Source: Pyrinomonadaceae bacterium (GTDB taxonomy: Bacteria; Acidobacteriota; Blastocatellia; Pyrinomonadales; Pyrinomonadaceae). From it: a stretch of 64,000 bases of DNA. The translations under genes and the position numbers were made by a program. Each line of letters starts with the position of its first letter. The first letter of the stretch is position 1. The notes beneath the pieces were generated by a model. The model was not told the DNA's origin. It made no database searches and saw nothing but the letters and a program-made list of their open reading frames with translations. Location of the stretch: the NCBI GenBank assembly GCA_046313635.1, contig JBKBYA010000002.1, positions 448,001-512,000 on the forward strand. Reading direction: 5' to 3'. Below, piece by piece: positions 9,697-22,731 of this stretch.

Positions 9697-10449
9697 ATGT
9701 CCCAAGTCGAGACCGAGAGTCTCATTCTCAAGACATACAACCTCGCCGAGGCCGACAAGATCGTCCTGCTGCTCACGCGTGAGCACGGGGTGGTGCGCGG
9801 CGTCGCAAAGGGAGCAAAGAGGCTCAAGAGCAAGTTCGGAAGCTCTCTTGAGCCCTTTTCGTCGGTGCGCGTTTCATATCTCGAAAAAGAGTCTCGCGAG
9901 CTCGTTTCTATCGAAAGGATCGAGCTATTGCTGTCTCGCTTTGAGGCGGCGAGCGATCCGGAATTCTTGGCAAAGTTTTCGTATCTCGTAGAGCTGCTAG
10001 TGGCGTTCTCGCCGCCGCACGATCCGAACGAGGCGCTCTACCGGATGGTCGCAGCGTGCCTCGACGGCGCCGCATCGAGGTCCGAAAGGCTGCCGGCGAT
10101 CGGTCTCTATTTTGAGATCTGGCTGCTGCGGCTGAGCGGCCTTTTGCCTGATTGGTCACGCTGCGCTGAGTGCGGTAAGGAGCTCGGAGACGGAGGGCCG
10201 GCGTCTCTGAAAGCGGATTTTGAATTGGTGTGCGGCACGTGCCGCCGCTCGGGTGGATCGACCCGGATCGAGGCTGGACACCGAGAGATATTCGGTTCGA
10301 GCCGAAGGCTCGGCCCGGGTGAATTTGCCGACCGCTACGCCCTGCGGGAAGTAGAGATCAGGGACGTGTCAAACGTGATGCGGCGGATCGCATCCCGAGC
10401 CCTGGGCCGCGATATCGCCGAAGTCGGCCCCGCGGCCGCCCGCGCCTAG
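9697..10449 (+). CDS. recO: DNA repair protein RecO
   Basis: EADKIV.LLT.EHG...GVAKGA...KS.FGSSLEPF; C-x2-C...C-x2-C zinc motif. Confidence 0.93.
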   Translation: MSQVETESLILKTYNLAEADKIVLLLTREHGVVRGVAKGAKRLKSKFGSSLEPFSSVRVSYLEKESRELVSIERIELLLSRFEAASDPEFLAKFSYLVELLVAFSPPHDPNEALYRMVAACLDGAASRSERLPAIGLYFEIWLLRLSGLLPDWSRCAECGKELGDGGPASLKADFELVCGTCRRSGGSTRIEAGHREIFGSSRRLGPGEFADRYALREVEIRDVSNVMRRIASRALGRDIAEVGPAAARA

Positions 10450-10458
10450 CCCAAAGAA

Positions 10459-12750
10459 ATGCCTCGACTCGGACGGATAATTCCAGGATATATCATCCGC
10501 GCGATACTGCCGTACTTCGCGGCCTCCTGGCTGCTGTTGACGGTCGTCCTGTTTGTCCAGCAGGCAAGCCGCTTCTCTGACATATTCTTTTCAGTCAACA
10601 TTCCCAGCCGGCTGATCTGGCAGCTCTCGCTGGCGATCATTCCAAGCGTCATCTCTTTTACGTGTCCGATGGCGGTGCTCGTCGGGACGATAATCGGCCT
10701 TTCAAAAATGAAGGGCGACAGCGAGTTGACCGCGGTACGAGCATCGGGTATCGGCAATCTGCAGATCCTTTTGCCGGTCGTGGTGCTCGGAGTTTTGCTT
10801 TCGCTCTTTGCTTTTGCCGTAAACCTGCTGGGCGTGCCGGCCGCCGCTGCGATCGTGCGCAAGGTCGCGATCCAAGCGGCGATAAAAAAGCTTGAATCGC
10901 CGATCGAACCGGGCGTCTTCAATACTGAGGTTGCCGGCTACACGATCTTTGTCCGCGGCGGAGATCCTGAGACCGGAAGGTGGAACAACATTCTGGTATT
11001 TGCGCAGGAGCCGGCGGGCGAGGCGATGCGTCTGATAACGGCAGGGCAGGGGCGGGTCGATGTCTCGGGAGATGCGACGGAACTCGTGCTCTTTGACGCG
11101 GAGAGTTTCTCGATCCCGAACGACCGTAGCGGCAAGGTCGTCGCCGAGTCGATCGACGGCGTGCGGTTCGCGATAAAGACGCGACGTAGCGATCTGGTCC
11201 AAAAGCTTTCGAGTGGTGAACAGGCGCCGGAAGAGCTGGGACTTTCCCAGCTGAGTGAGCTTGCCTCGACAAAGCAGGGAAAGGAGCGAACAGAAGCGGA
11301 GATCGTATGGAATCGCCGCATTTTGCTCTCCGTCACGCCGCTTCTGTTCTGTCTCTTGGGAGCGTCCATGGTGCTTCGCGTCGGCGGAGGGGGCCGCGGG
11401 CGCGGGGTCGTGCTGGCGCTCGTCGGGCTTATCGGTTTTTACCTCACAGCTTTTCTAGGTGAGCAGCTCGCTCGTACCGGGGTCGTGTCGGTTCCGGTCG
11501 GTTCACTTTTTCCGGTGATCTTGAGTCTCGGGGCGATTTCGTTTTTTCTATTTGCAGATAAAGCAAGATATAGGATGAGCCCGCTCGAGGACGTAATTAA
11601 CTCGTTCCGGCGTGTAAAAGTTCGTCCAAAACTTCAATTTCGCAGCTGGCTTGTAGACGTTACCACGGGGCTCCGCGATCTTGACGTCCTTACCGATCTG
11701 GTCCGCTACTTCGCTTTGGCATTCGGATTTTTAGCGGTGATCTTCTTGGTATTCACCGCATTTGAACTTTGGAAGTTTGCGGGCAACATGGAGGGTGGCG
11801 TCAGGTTGCTGACATGGTATCTGATCTTCCTCCTGCCCTTTGTTTATATACAGCTGGCGCCTTCCTGCACATTGATCGCGGTCTTGGCGACCTACGTCAT
11901 CAAATCACGACAGAATGAGGTCGTGACATGGTCGGCCGCGGGGCAGAGCGTTTACAGGCTGCTGATCCCGTGTTTCGCGCTAGCTCTGATCCTGGGGCTC
12001 TTTAACTGGCAGGTGCAGGAGCGGCTCCTGCCGTTTTCGAATCAGATCCAGGAGAACCTGCGTAACCAGATCCGGAATTACGGAGCCGTTAAGGCCGGCC
12101 CCCTTTACACTTGGTTTGCGACGAGAGATCGTATCTACGCCTTCAAGGCCCAGCCAGGCGATTCGGCGACAGATGCGTCTGATAACGAAATAGCGGGGCA
12201 TTCTCTGATCGTCTTTGAATTTGACGAGAGAGGGAAGGCGCAACGGCTGTACCGCTATCCTTCAGCTGAATGGACCGGATCGGGCATCAGACTAACGGGC
12301 AGCGGTGAAACAGTGGAGCTCAGAGACCGGGCGTTTGAGAGGCGTAGAGAAGACGAGATCGTGATCGCTGAGGACGTCAACCCGTTCGCAGCCGTTAGGC
12401 GAAAGCCCGGACAGATGAACTCGCGGTCGCTGCGGGAATTGATATCCGCGAGCGGCTCAGAGGTCGAGCGGCAGATCCTCGGCGTCGCGCTCCAGCGAAA
12501 GTATTCGACCCTCTTCGTCCCGTTTGTGATAGCGCTCTTCTCGGCGCCGTTCTCGCTTAACCTCAGCCGCCGCGGAAAGGCCCTGACCGTTGGGGCCGCG
12601 GTCGGACTGTGGCTCGCGTTCACTGCAGTTGTCAGTGTGTTTGAACAGATCGGGACCAGCGGAGCTCTTGCGCCGGAATTGGCGATTTGGGGCCCGCTGA
12701 TGTTTTTTTCGATGCTCGGTGTATATTTGTTGTCGCGAGTGCGAACATAA
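10459..12750 (+). CDS. Fused LptF/LptG LPS export permease
   Basis: Two tandem YjgP/YjgQ units (DSELTAVRASGI and QNEVVTWSAAGQS), 763 aa. Confidence 0.85.
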   Translation: MPRLGRIIPGYIIRAILPYFAASWLLLTVVLFVQQASRFSDIFFSVNIPSRLIWQLSLAIIPSVISFTCPMAVLVGTIIGLSKMKGDSELTAVRASGIGNLQILLPVVVLGVLLSLFAFAVNLLGVPAAAAIVRKVAIQAAIKKLESPIEPGVFNTEVAGYTIFVRGGDPETGRWNNILVFAQEPAGEAMRLITAGQGRVDVSGDATELVLFDAESFSIPNDRSGKVVAESIDGVRFAIKTRRSDLVQKLSSGEQAPEELGLSQLSELASTKQGKERTEAEIVWNRRILLSVTPLLFCLLGASMVLRVGGGGRGRGVVLALVGLIGFYLTAFLGEQLARTGVVSVPVGSLFPVILSLGAISFFLFADKARYRMSPLEDVINSFRRVKVRPKLQFRSWLVDVTTGLRDLDVLTDLVRYFALAFGFLAVIFLVFTAFELWKFAGNMEGGVRLLTWYLIFLLPFVYIQLAPSCTLIAVLATYVIKSRQNEVVTWSAAGQSVYRLLIPCFALALILGLFNWQVQERLLPFSNQIQENLRNQIRNYGAVKAGPLYTWFATRDRIYAFKAQPGDSATDASDNEIAGHSLIVFEFDERGKAQRLYRYPSAEWTGSGIRLTGSGETVELRDRAFERRREDEIVIAEDVNPFAAVRRKPGQMNSRSLRELISASGSEVERQILGVALQRKYSTLFVPFVIALFSAPFSLNLSRRGKALTVGAAVGLWLAFTAVVSVFEQIGTSGALAPELAIWGPLMFFSMLGVYLLSRVRT

Positions 12751-12959
12751 GCTCCGTCCCCGTCAAGATGGATAAAAGGATTGACACGGCGACGCTGCGT
12801 GATTCAAAATTCTTAGGATCGTCCGGAAAACTTCCGGATGCTCGCTGTCTTAGTTGAAGCACCCCAACCGCCGAGAGAATGGCCTTTCCCAGGGCACGAC
12901 ACGATCACATACCCCCCTCACTGAAGGCTGTTGAGACCGCCTTCAAACCTTCTACTCGA

Positions 12960-15563
12960 ATGGAAAAAACGTATGACAGCGCCCGGCTGCCGGGCGGCGC
13001 TCTCGCCTCACAGAGCGCGGACTCAAAGATCCTCGACGCCATTCACGAAGCCGTTCTCGTCGTCGACCGCGACACTACGATCGGTCAGGTGAACCGCGCG
13101 ACAACCCGTCTTACCGGCTTCGGCGTCGACGAGCTTGTCGGCCGCAGTTTGGACGTGCTTTCTCCGAAGCCGAGAGCCTTTCGACGCTTGCTCGATCGCC
13201 TGTACCTGCAAAGCGACGGCGGCAAGCGACTCGAATCGGTGTGCAAGCGGAAGGACGGTTCGAGCTTCCCGATCTCGCTCTCCATATCAAAGCTCCAGGA
13301 CCAAACGGACACGGCCGCGAAGCTTGTGATACTTGCTCAGGACATCACGGCACGCAAGCGGCTCGAGATGGAGTCGCATCTCATCTCGCGGATCCTTCAC
13401 GGTGTGAACTCGACCGCCAACCTCGACGAACTGCTTGTGCTCATTCACCGCTCGATCGGCAGGATCGTCAACGCCGAGAACTTTTATGTCGCGCTTTTCG
13501 ATCCGCAGACCGAACTGCTGACGATGCAGTTCTTCGTCGACAAGTACGATCCGCCCCCGCCGCCGCTCAAGGTCGGCGGCGGATTGACGGCGTACGTTTT
13601 CCGTCAGCAGACCCCGATGCTGCTGCGTTCTTCCGACGTCGAAGAATTGATCAACGCCGGCGAGGTCGAATCGGTCGGCAGCGATGCCGCGTTGTGGCTG
13701 GGCGTGCCGCTGCAGACGCCGCGCGGTGTCATCGGCGTGATGGTCGTGCAGGATTATGAGAACGATGCCGCATACGATCAGCAGGACCTCGAGTTTCTGA
13801 CCTCGGTAGGCGGTCAGGTCGCACTCGCGATCGAACGAAAGCAGGCAGACGACAAGCTGCGAAAGAGCCAGGAACGGTTTGACCTCGTCACGAGGGCCAC
13901 CAGCGACGCAATATGGGACTGGAACCTTCTCACCGACAAGCTCTGGTGGAACGAAGGCTTCCAAAAGCTCTTCGGATACCTGCCCGAGGAGGTCGGGGAC
14001 GATATCGAATATTGGAAGCTGCGCGTTCATCCCGACGATGTCGATCGGGTGACGTCCGACCTGCAGTCGCACATAGACGGCGGCAAGACGCACTGGACGT
14101 GCGAATATCGCTTCCGGCGGCGCGACGGGAGCTACGCGTCGGTCATCGATCGCGGCTACGTCGTGTACGACGAGAATCATGCGCCGGTCAGGATGCTCGG
14201 TTCGATGATGGACCTTTCAGAAAGAAAGTCGCTCGAGGACCAGCTCACACATCAGGCTCTGCACGATCCGCTGACCAAGATCGCGAACCGTCTTCTTTTC
14301 CGCGACCGAGTCGACCACGCCTTGTCAAAGCTGCAGAGGACCAAGTCCACACTAGCCGTCCTGTTTCTCGATCTCGATAATTTCAAGGCGATCAACGACT
14401 CGTTGGGGCATGCCGCCGGTGACAAGCTACTGATCTCGGTCGCGCAGCGTCTGCAGGATTGTCTCAGACATACCGACACCGCGGCCCGCCTCGGAGGCGA
14501 CGAATTTGCCGTGCTGCTCGAGGCGATGCATCACCCGGACGAGGCCGTGATGATCGCTGAGCGGATCAAGAATGTAATACGGCAATCTTTTTCGATCGAG
14601 GGCAAGGAGATCAGCGTCGGGACGAGCATCGGTATCGCGTACAGCTCGGAGGCGATCCAGGCCGAGGAACTGCTGCGAAATGCAGACCTCGCGATGTATC
14701 GAGCCAAGAGCCAGGGCAAGGGCCACTTCGTCGTGTTCGAACCTCAGATGCATGACGCATTGATGGAGCGGATGGAACTCGAGTCTGACCTCCGCCGCGC
14801 CGTCGAGAATGACGAATTCGTGCTCCACTATCAGCCGATCGTCGATCTCTATTCGGAAGATCCGCTGGGCGTCGAGGCCCTCGTGCGTTGGGAACACCCG
14901 ACGTACGGTCTGCTGCCGCCGATGAAATTCATCCCGATCGCGGAAGAGACCGGGTTGATCGTGCCGCTGGGCGCTTGGGTGCTCCGGCAGGCGTGCAAGC
15001 AGGTCCAGAGTTGGCGGACGGGCCGTGAGCGGCCGCTCAACATTTCGGTGACGGTCAACATCTCGATCCGGCAATTTCAGCAAAAAGAACTCGTCGAGAT
15101 AGTCGCTCTCGCGCTCGAAGAGTCGGGCCTGCCGGCCGAGTCGCTGATACTCGAGATCACCGAGAGCTTTATGCTGCAGGACACCGAAGCGACGATCGTT
15201 AAGCTCAAAGAGCTCAAACGACTCGGCGTGCGCCTCGCGATCGACGACTTTGGCACCGGCTACTCGTCGCTTAGCTATCTGCAGCGGTTTCCGGTCGATA
15301 TCCTGAAGATCGACAAGTCATTTATCGAAAAGATAGGCCGCGACAACGAGGGAAGGGCGGTCGCACGTGCGATCATAATGATGGGCGACTCGCTCAACCT
15401 GCGAACGATCGCCGAAGGTATCGAAACCCCGGAACAGATCAGGGAACTACAGAATCTGGGCTGCGATGCGGGGCAGGGATTTCATTTTGCAAAGCCTCTC
15501 ACGCTGGAAGAAATGGACGTGTTTTTTGACAGCGTCGGATCCAACACACTGGTCGCCAGGTAG
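12960..15563 (+). CDS. PAS-GAF-PAS-GGDEF-EAL diguanylate cyclase/phosphodiesterase
   Basis: Intact GGDEF with RxxD I-site (RHTD), EAL, DDFGTGYSS; start at 12960 or 12879. Confidence 0.93.
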   Translation: MEKTYDSARLPGGALASQSADSKILDAIHEAVLVVDRDTTIGQVNRATTRLTGFGVDELVGRSLDVLSPKPRAFRRLLDRLYLQSDGGKRLESVCKRKDGSSFPISLSISKLQDQTDTAAKLVILAQDITARKRLEMESHLISRILHGVNSTANLDELLVLIHRSIGRIVNAENFYVALFDPQTELLTMQFFVDKYDPPPPPLKVGGGLTAYVFRQQTPMLLRSSDVEELINAGEVESVGSDAALWLGVPLQTPRGVIGVMVVQDYENDAAYDQQDLEFLTSVGGQVALAIERKQADDKLRKSQERFDLVTRATSDAIWDWNLLTDKLWWNEGFQKLFGYLPEEVGDDIEYWKLRVHPDDVDRVTSDLQSHIDGGKTHWTCEYRFRRRDGSYASVIDRGYVVYDENHAPVRMLGSMMDLSERKSLEDQLTHQALHDPLTKIANRLLFRDRVDHALSKLQRTKSTLAVLFLDLDNFKAINDSLGHAAGDKLLISVAQRLQDCLRHTDTAARLGGDEFAVLLEAMHHPDEAVMIAERIKNVIRQSFSIEGKEISVGTSIGIAYSSEAIQAEELLRNADLAMYRAKSQGKGHFVVFEPQMHDALMERMELESDLRRAVENDEFVLHYQPIVDLYSEDPLGVEALVRWEHPTYGLLPPMKFIPIAEETGLIVPLGAWVLRQACKQVQSWRTGRERPLNISVTVNISIRQFQQKELVEIVALALEESGLPAESLILEITESFMLQDTEATIVKLKELKRLGVRLAIDDFGTGYSSLSYLQRFPVDILKIDKSFIEKIGRDNEGRAVARAIIMMGDSLNLRTIAEGIETPEQIRELQNLGCDAGQGFHFAKPLTLEEMDVFFDSVGSNTLVAR

Positions 15564-15590
15564 GTGAGGGTACTTTTTGCGTAACAAAAT

Positions 15591-15619
15591 GAAAGGGCGG
15601 CCGCGTGGGCCGCCCTTTC
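15591..15619. terminator. Bidirectional terminator hairpin
   Basis: gaaagggcggcc-gcgtg-ggccgccctttc between convergent genes. Confidence 0.75.
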
Positions 15620-15639
15620 CGTTTGCTGCGAGTCGCAAA

Positions 15640-18179
<2,540 letters not shown>

Positions 18180-18243
18180 TTGTTTCCTAGCTCCTGTAAA
18201 TCTGGGCTGAATGTTTGAAATCTGGGTAGATAACAAAACGGTA

Positions 18244-18272
18244 ATGATAGCCGCTGGTCGTAGTGGTGTCAA
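18244..18272 (-). promoter_or_regulatory. Sigma70-type promoter of metK-ahcY
   Basis: TTGACA-17 bp-TATCAT on minus strand. Confidence 0.7.
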
Positions 18273-18527
18273 AATAGAGTCCCGATAAACTGGCAGTCGC
18301 GGCCGAGGGAACAAACGAGCGCCGCCGCATCCTTATTGCTCCGCAGAGATCCGATCATATATTGTGCGTCCGATAATAGAGATTATGTAATAGGTACGTT
18401 CCTCCGGCCGGGACAGCCTCGTTGAGGCCTGCTTCGGCTTCGCGCAGTTTCGCACCGTCGACTTGCCCGCCATCGACCGGAACTCATTTTCTCGTGCTTG
18501 GCGCCCGATCCTCTTAACGACAAGCGA

Positions 18528-18560
18528 AAGCGTCCCGCCGGTACGCGCGGCGGGACGCTT
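18528..18560 (-). terminator. Intrinsic terminator
   Basis: aagcgtcccgccg-7 nt-cggcgggacgctt, 26 nt after the dehydrogenase stop. Confidence 0.7.
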
Positions 18561-18586
18561 CTACTTTGGAGTTCGTTCTGGGGGTC

Positions 18587-19780
18587 TTAGTGGACGGTCG
18601 TCGTGCCTCCGGGTTTAAGCACCACCTTTATGCAGCCGTCCTGTTTATTCTTGAAGGTCTCGTACATCGCCGGCGCGTCGTCCAGAGACACCTCGTGCGT
18701 GATGATGAATGACGGATCGATCTCGCCCGATTCGATCTTTTCGAGCAGCTTGGGCATATATTTCTGCATATGGGTCTGGCCGGTCTTGAGCGTCAAGCCT
18801 TTATTCATAAGAGCGCCGATCGGGATCTTGTCTCCGGCGCCGACGTAGACGCCCGGGATCGAGATCGTGCCGCCCTTGCGGCAGCACCAGATGGCCTGGC
18901 GCAGAACGTGTACGCGATCGGTGGCGAGCATCAGGCTTGTCTTAAAAGCGTCGAGCAGGCCGTCCGGCATTCCTCCGGCGAGGGCTTCGCAGCCGACGGC
19001 GTCGATGCAGCGGTCGGGACCCATTCCTCCGGTCATCTCCATCAGGCGATCGTAGACGTTGTCCTGTTCAAAATTGATGATCTCGGCCCCGCATTCGCGG
19101 GCGGCGAGATCAAGCCTTTCGGCCACGTTGTCGATCGCGATGAGCCGTTCGGCACCGAGCATCGCGGCACTCTTAAGCGCGAATTGCCCGACCGGCCCGC
19201 AGCCCCAGACAGCTACGGTGTCGCCGGGCTCGATATCGGCATTTTCGGCGGCCATGTATCCGGTCGGGAAAACGTCGGACAAAAAGAGAACTTTCTCATC
19301 CGGGATCCCGTCCGGGATCTTAAGCGGCCCGACGTCGGCGAATGGCACCCGGAGGTACTCTGCCTGACCGCCGGCAAAGCCGCCCGTCAGATGCGAGTAT
19401 CCGAAAAGTCCGGCCGTCGAATGCCCCATGATCTTTTGCGCGGTCAGAGCGTTCGGATTCGAGTTGTCGCAACAGGAATAGAGTCCCTTGCGGCAGAAGA
19501 AGCATTCACCGCAGGAGATGGTAAAGGGCACGACGACGCGGTCGCCGACCTTTAGATTCTTGACCTCGGGCCCGACCTCCACGACTTCGCCCATCGGCTC
19601 GTGGCCGAGGATGTCGCCCTTTTCCATCGTCGGCATATAGCCGTCGTAGAGATGAAGGTCGGATCCGCAGATCGCGGTCGAAGTGATCTTGACGATCGCG
19701 TCTCGCGGATCGAGTATACGCGGGTCCGGTACATTCTCGATCCTCACGTCGCCGCGGCCGTACCAACAAAGTGCTTTCAT
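18587..19780 (-). CDS. Zinc-dependent alcohol/formaldehyde dehydrogenase (MDR family)
   Basis: ICGSDLH, GHEPMG, C-x2-C-x2-C-x7-C, GCGPVG; GGAGG RBS. Confidence 0.92.
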   Translation of the reverse strand: MKALCWYGRGDVRIENVPDPRILDPRDAIVKITSTAICGSDLHLYDGYMPTMEKGDILGHEPMGEVVEVGPEVKNLKVGDRVVVPFTISCGECFFCRKGLYSCCDNSNPNALTAQKIMGHSTAGLFGYSHLTGGFAGGQAEYLRVPFADVGPLKIPDGIPDEKVLFLSDVFPTGYMAAENADIEPGDTVAVWGCGPVGQFALKSAAMLGAERLIAIDNVAERLDLAARECGAEIINFEQDNVYDRLMEMTGGMGPDRCIDAVGCEALAGGMPDGLLDAFKTSLMLATDRVHVLRQAIWCCRKGGTISIPGVYVGAGDKIPIGALMNKGLTLKTGQTHMQKYMPKLLEKIESGEIDPSFIITHEVSLDDAPAMYETFKNKQDGCIKVVLKPGGTTTVH

Positions 19781-19813
19781 TAAAACCTCCTTGAGATCAA
19801 AACCCGAGTTCCC

Positions 19814-20392
19814 TTACGCCGCCTTACGGCCCGACGGCTGGCCGACGTTGGTCGGTGCCGCCGGATTGAGTTTGTCTCGCGTCCAGTCCTGAGAGCTGAG
19901 CGTCTTGCCGCACAGGATGTCGAGCGCCGTCACGCCCAGAACGGCGCCGGCCGCGAGCGTCAGACGCATTTTGCTGCTGCGTTCGCTTTTCGCGGCCGCG
20001 GCGAGGTACGCGAGGTCGATCGCGTCGCCGGCGACTCGCGACCAGACGGCGGCGGTCGGCTTTTGGCTCATCAGGATCGCGGCCCCATGTCCGATCTCGC
20101 GCAGGCCAAGAGCACGGATATTGTTTCGCTGGTCCTCATCCACGCCGATCAATCGGGCCATCGCGCCTGGAGCGAGAGCCTCCGCGAGTCCGAGGCCGAT
20201 GCTGAACATCGCCAGGCCGTTAGCAAGCTTCCCAGCCGCCAAATTTGCCGGGTCCCTGTACTTCAATTCGACGAGATCGGACGACGATGTGACCGCCGCC
20301 GGGCGAGCCTCGGGCAGGTCCGAGACGCCGGCGGCGCTGAGCATCGCGAGTTCGGATGCTCCGTTGACGGTTTGCGGTGCCGCGGTGCTCAT
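19814..20392 (-). CDS. Hypothetical membrane-associated protein
   Basis: FSIGLGLAE-LAP, GLREI-HG, VWSRVAGDA-D motifs; AAGGAG RBS before ATG 20392. Confidence 0.7.
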   Translation of the reverse strand: MSTAAPQTVNGASELAMLSAAGVSDLPEARPAAVTSSSDLVELKYRDPANLAAGKLANGLAMFSIGLGLAEALAPGAMARLIGVDEDQRNNIRALGLREIGHGAAILMSQKPTAAVWSRVAGDAIDLAYLAAAAKSERSSKMRLTLAAGAVLGVTALDILCGKTLSSQDWTRDKLNPAAPTNVGQPSGRKAA

Positions 20393-20524
20393 AGATCGAT
20401 ACTCCTTGGTCAGATTTATCTGCGGCGAATGGACCGGTGCTCGATTGATAGGATCGATGCGTGGGAAACACCGCAATTCGATTATAGATATTGAAAAGCG
20501 GCCCAAGTGTCGCGTGCAATACAA

Positions 20525-20557
20525 ACCGGCGGCGGGACACGTGCCCTCGCCGCCGGT
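20525..20557 (-). terminator. Hairpin after parB
   Basis: accggcggcg...cgccgccggt followed by ttgt on minus strand. Confidence 0.55.
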
Positions 20558-20584
20558 ATCAAACGGTACTCTGACTTCTTGCCG

Positions 20585-21478
20585 CTACGTATTGCCGGCC
20601 TCGCCGGTCTCACCCTTGACGTCGTCAAAGGCCTGCTTCAGCGCCTGCAGGATCGAGCGTTTGCCTACCTCGGCGGCAGCGGCGAATCTTATCTCGAGCG
20701 AAAAGCTCCCATCGGGGGCTCGATACGCATACTTGCGGCCGCTCGCCTCGGCGCTCTTTGCAGAATGCTGAGCGTCGGGCGTTATGCCCGCATGGGGTAC
20801 GGTCTCACCGCCATTCGATGCGGAACGCTTGGCCGCTTCTTTCTTCTTTTTGTTCTCAGGGTAGTTGTCGAGATACTCGAACATCGCCGCTTCATCGAAT
20901 TGACGTGCGATCTCGAGCAGCGTCGCCTTTGAAGCGATGCCGAGTTCCCTGCAGCGGTCGCGGATCTCCTGCGGCAGGCCTGCGACCGACATCAGTTCGG
21001 TCACGGTCGATCGGCTCTTGCTGATCTTCTTTGCGATCTCGTCGTGCGTGTAGCCGAATTTAGAAGCGAGTGCCGCCAGGCCGTCGGCCTCTTCCCAAAT
21101 GGTGAGGTCCTTGCGCTGAAGGTTCTCGATCAGCGCGACCTCGGCGACGCCGTGCTCGTCGAGGTCGAGCTCGACGCACGGCACCTCGGTCAGACCAGCA
21201 AGCTGCGACGCACGCCAACGCCTTTCGCCGGCGATGATCATATACGTCCCGTCTTTATTGGGTTTGACAAGGAGCGGCTCGAGGACGCCTTTTTCGCGGA
21301 TCGAATCGGTCAGCTCCGTGAGGTCGCCAAACTCCACGCGCGGCTGCTCGGGATTGGGCGAGATGCGCGCGATCTCGATGATCTTGCCGACGGGCCGGTT
21401 GGCGCGCGACAGCTCCTCGACGTAATGGTAATCATGCCGCATTTGAACGGATGCCGGCAGTCCTCCTCTCTTCGACAC
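20585..21478 (-). CDS. parB: ParB/Spo0J family partition protein
   Basis: PNPEQPR, GVLEPLLV, IAGERRWRA, ENLQRKDL, HTH. Confidence 0.9.
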   Translation of the reverse strand: MSKRGGLPASVQMRHDYHYVEELSRANRPVGKIIEIARISPNPEQPRVEFGDLTELTDSIREKGVLEPLLVKPNKDGTYMIIAGERRWRASQLAGLTEVPCVELDLDEHGVAEVALIENLQRKDLTIWEEADGLAALASKFGYTHDEIAKKISKSRSTVTELMSVAGLPQEIRDRCRELGIASKATLLEIARQFDEAAMFEYLDNYPENKKKKEAAKRSASNGGETVPHAGITPDAQHSAKSAEASGRKYAYRAPDGSFSLEIRFAAAAEVGKRSILQALKQAFDDVKGETGEAGNT

Positions 21479-22226
21479 GCCTTAATACCTCCTCTGAAAG
21501 TCTTGTGTATTCGTCGGCGCCCGAAGATCGCGGCGCATGATCAAAGATCGATTTCTTGTGGGCCGGGGCCTCCTCGAGACGGACGCTTCGCGTGATGACC
21601 GTGTCGAACGTCTGCTCGCCGAACGTATTCCGAATGTACGACTCGACGTCCTTGGCGATCGCCGTCCGCCGGTCAAAAAGCGTGACGAGCACGCCGAGCA
21701 GCTTGAGCTCCGGGTTTGGCCTTGACCTGATGCGCTCGACCGTCTCGAGCAGGTCGTCTGTCCCCTCCATCGCAAAGTACGACGACTGGATCGGGATCAT
21801 AAAATAGTTTGCCGCGACCAGAGCGTTGACCGTGATCAGCCCGAGCGTCGGCGGCGTATCGATAAAGATGAGATCGTATCGGTCGCGAATTTGGTCGACG
21901 CGGTCGCGCAGGCGATAGATCGCGTCAAAGTCGCCGACGAGCTTGGCCTCGAGCTTTGCGAGATTGATGCGGGCCGGGACGAGGTCGAGCCGCTCGACAT
22001 TTGTCGGATAAACGAACTCGGCGAACGGGCGCTCTTTCTCGGTAAAAAGCTCGTACGCGCCGCCATTCACGCTGTCGGGATCCATGAACGACAGCGAGCT
22101 GTTGCTCTGCGGGTCGAGGTCGATCAGCAGAACCCGCTTGCCGGCCGCCGCGCAGGCCGCGGAAAGGTTGATGGCAGTGGTCGTCTTGCCAACGCCCCCT
22201 TTCTGGTTCGTTATTACGATCAGCAT
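21432..22226 (-). CDS. parA: ParA family ATPase
   Basis: NQKGGVGKTTT, DLDPQ, IDTPP. Confidence 0.92.
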   Translation of the reverse strand: MLIVITNQKGGVGKTTTAINLSAACAAAGKRVLLIDLDPQSNSSLSFMDPDSVNGGAYELFTEKERPFAEFVYPTNVERLDLVPARINLAKLEAKLVGDFDAIYRLRDRVDQIRDRYDLIFIDTPPTLGLITVNALVAANYFMIPIQSSYFAMEGTDDLLETVERIRSRPNPELKLLGVLVTLFDRRTAIAKDVESYIRNTFGEQTFDTVITRSVRLEEAPAHKKSIFDHAPRSSGADEYTRLSEEVLRRVEERRTAGIRSNAA

Positions 22227-22244
22227 TTTGTGGTGAAAAAGAAA

Positions 22245-22727
22245 CTAGTCGATCACGTCGGGCCAATCTTCGGTTTGGGCCGGCGCGGCGTCAACCTCGG
22301 GCTCGGGCTGACTGGAACTGGCAGAAAGGTCGAGCACCTTTTGCATTACATATATCGGACAATCGAGTCGTAATGCAAGCGCGATGGCGTCCGAAGGCCG
22401 GGCATCAAGCGTGACGGGCTCGCCGTTGCGGTCTGTCAGTTCGATCACCGCGTAAAAAGTATTTTCGAGCAGGTCGGTGATGGTCACCTTGGCGGCGGTG
22501 AGGCCGCACTCGACGATGACGTTGCGAAGCAGGTCGTGCGTCATCGGGCGCTGCGGGGCGATCTTCTCGATCTCGAGCGCGATCGCGTTCGCCTCAAAGG
22601 CCCCGACCCAGATCGGAAGCACGGTCTCGGACTCGATCCCCTTGAGCACGACGATCGGAGTATTCGTGTTCGGGTCCATGATGAGAGCCCCGATCTTGAC
22701 CTCGACCAGATCCGTTTCTTCTGCCAC
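22245..22727 (-). CDS. Bifunctional nuclease family (DUF151)
   Basis: LPIWVG.FEA, RPMTHDLL, DARPSDAIALA. Confidence 0.9.
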   Translation of the reverse strand: MAEETDLVEVKIGALIMDPNTNTPIVVLKGIESETVLPIWVGAFEANAIALEIEKIAPQRPMTHDLLRNVIVECGLTAAKVTITDLLENTFYAVIELTDRNGEPVTLDARPSDAIALALRLDCPIYVMQKVLDLSASSSQPEPEVDAAPAQTEDWPDVID

Positions 22728-22731
22728 TTAA

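Noticed and set aside
18180..18420. SAM riboswitch upstream of metK
   Set aside because: No SAM-I core; a promoter about 65 nt upstream leaves too short a leader
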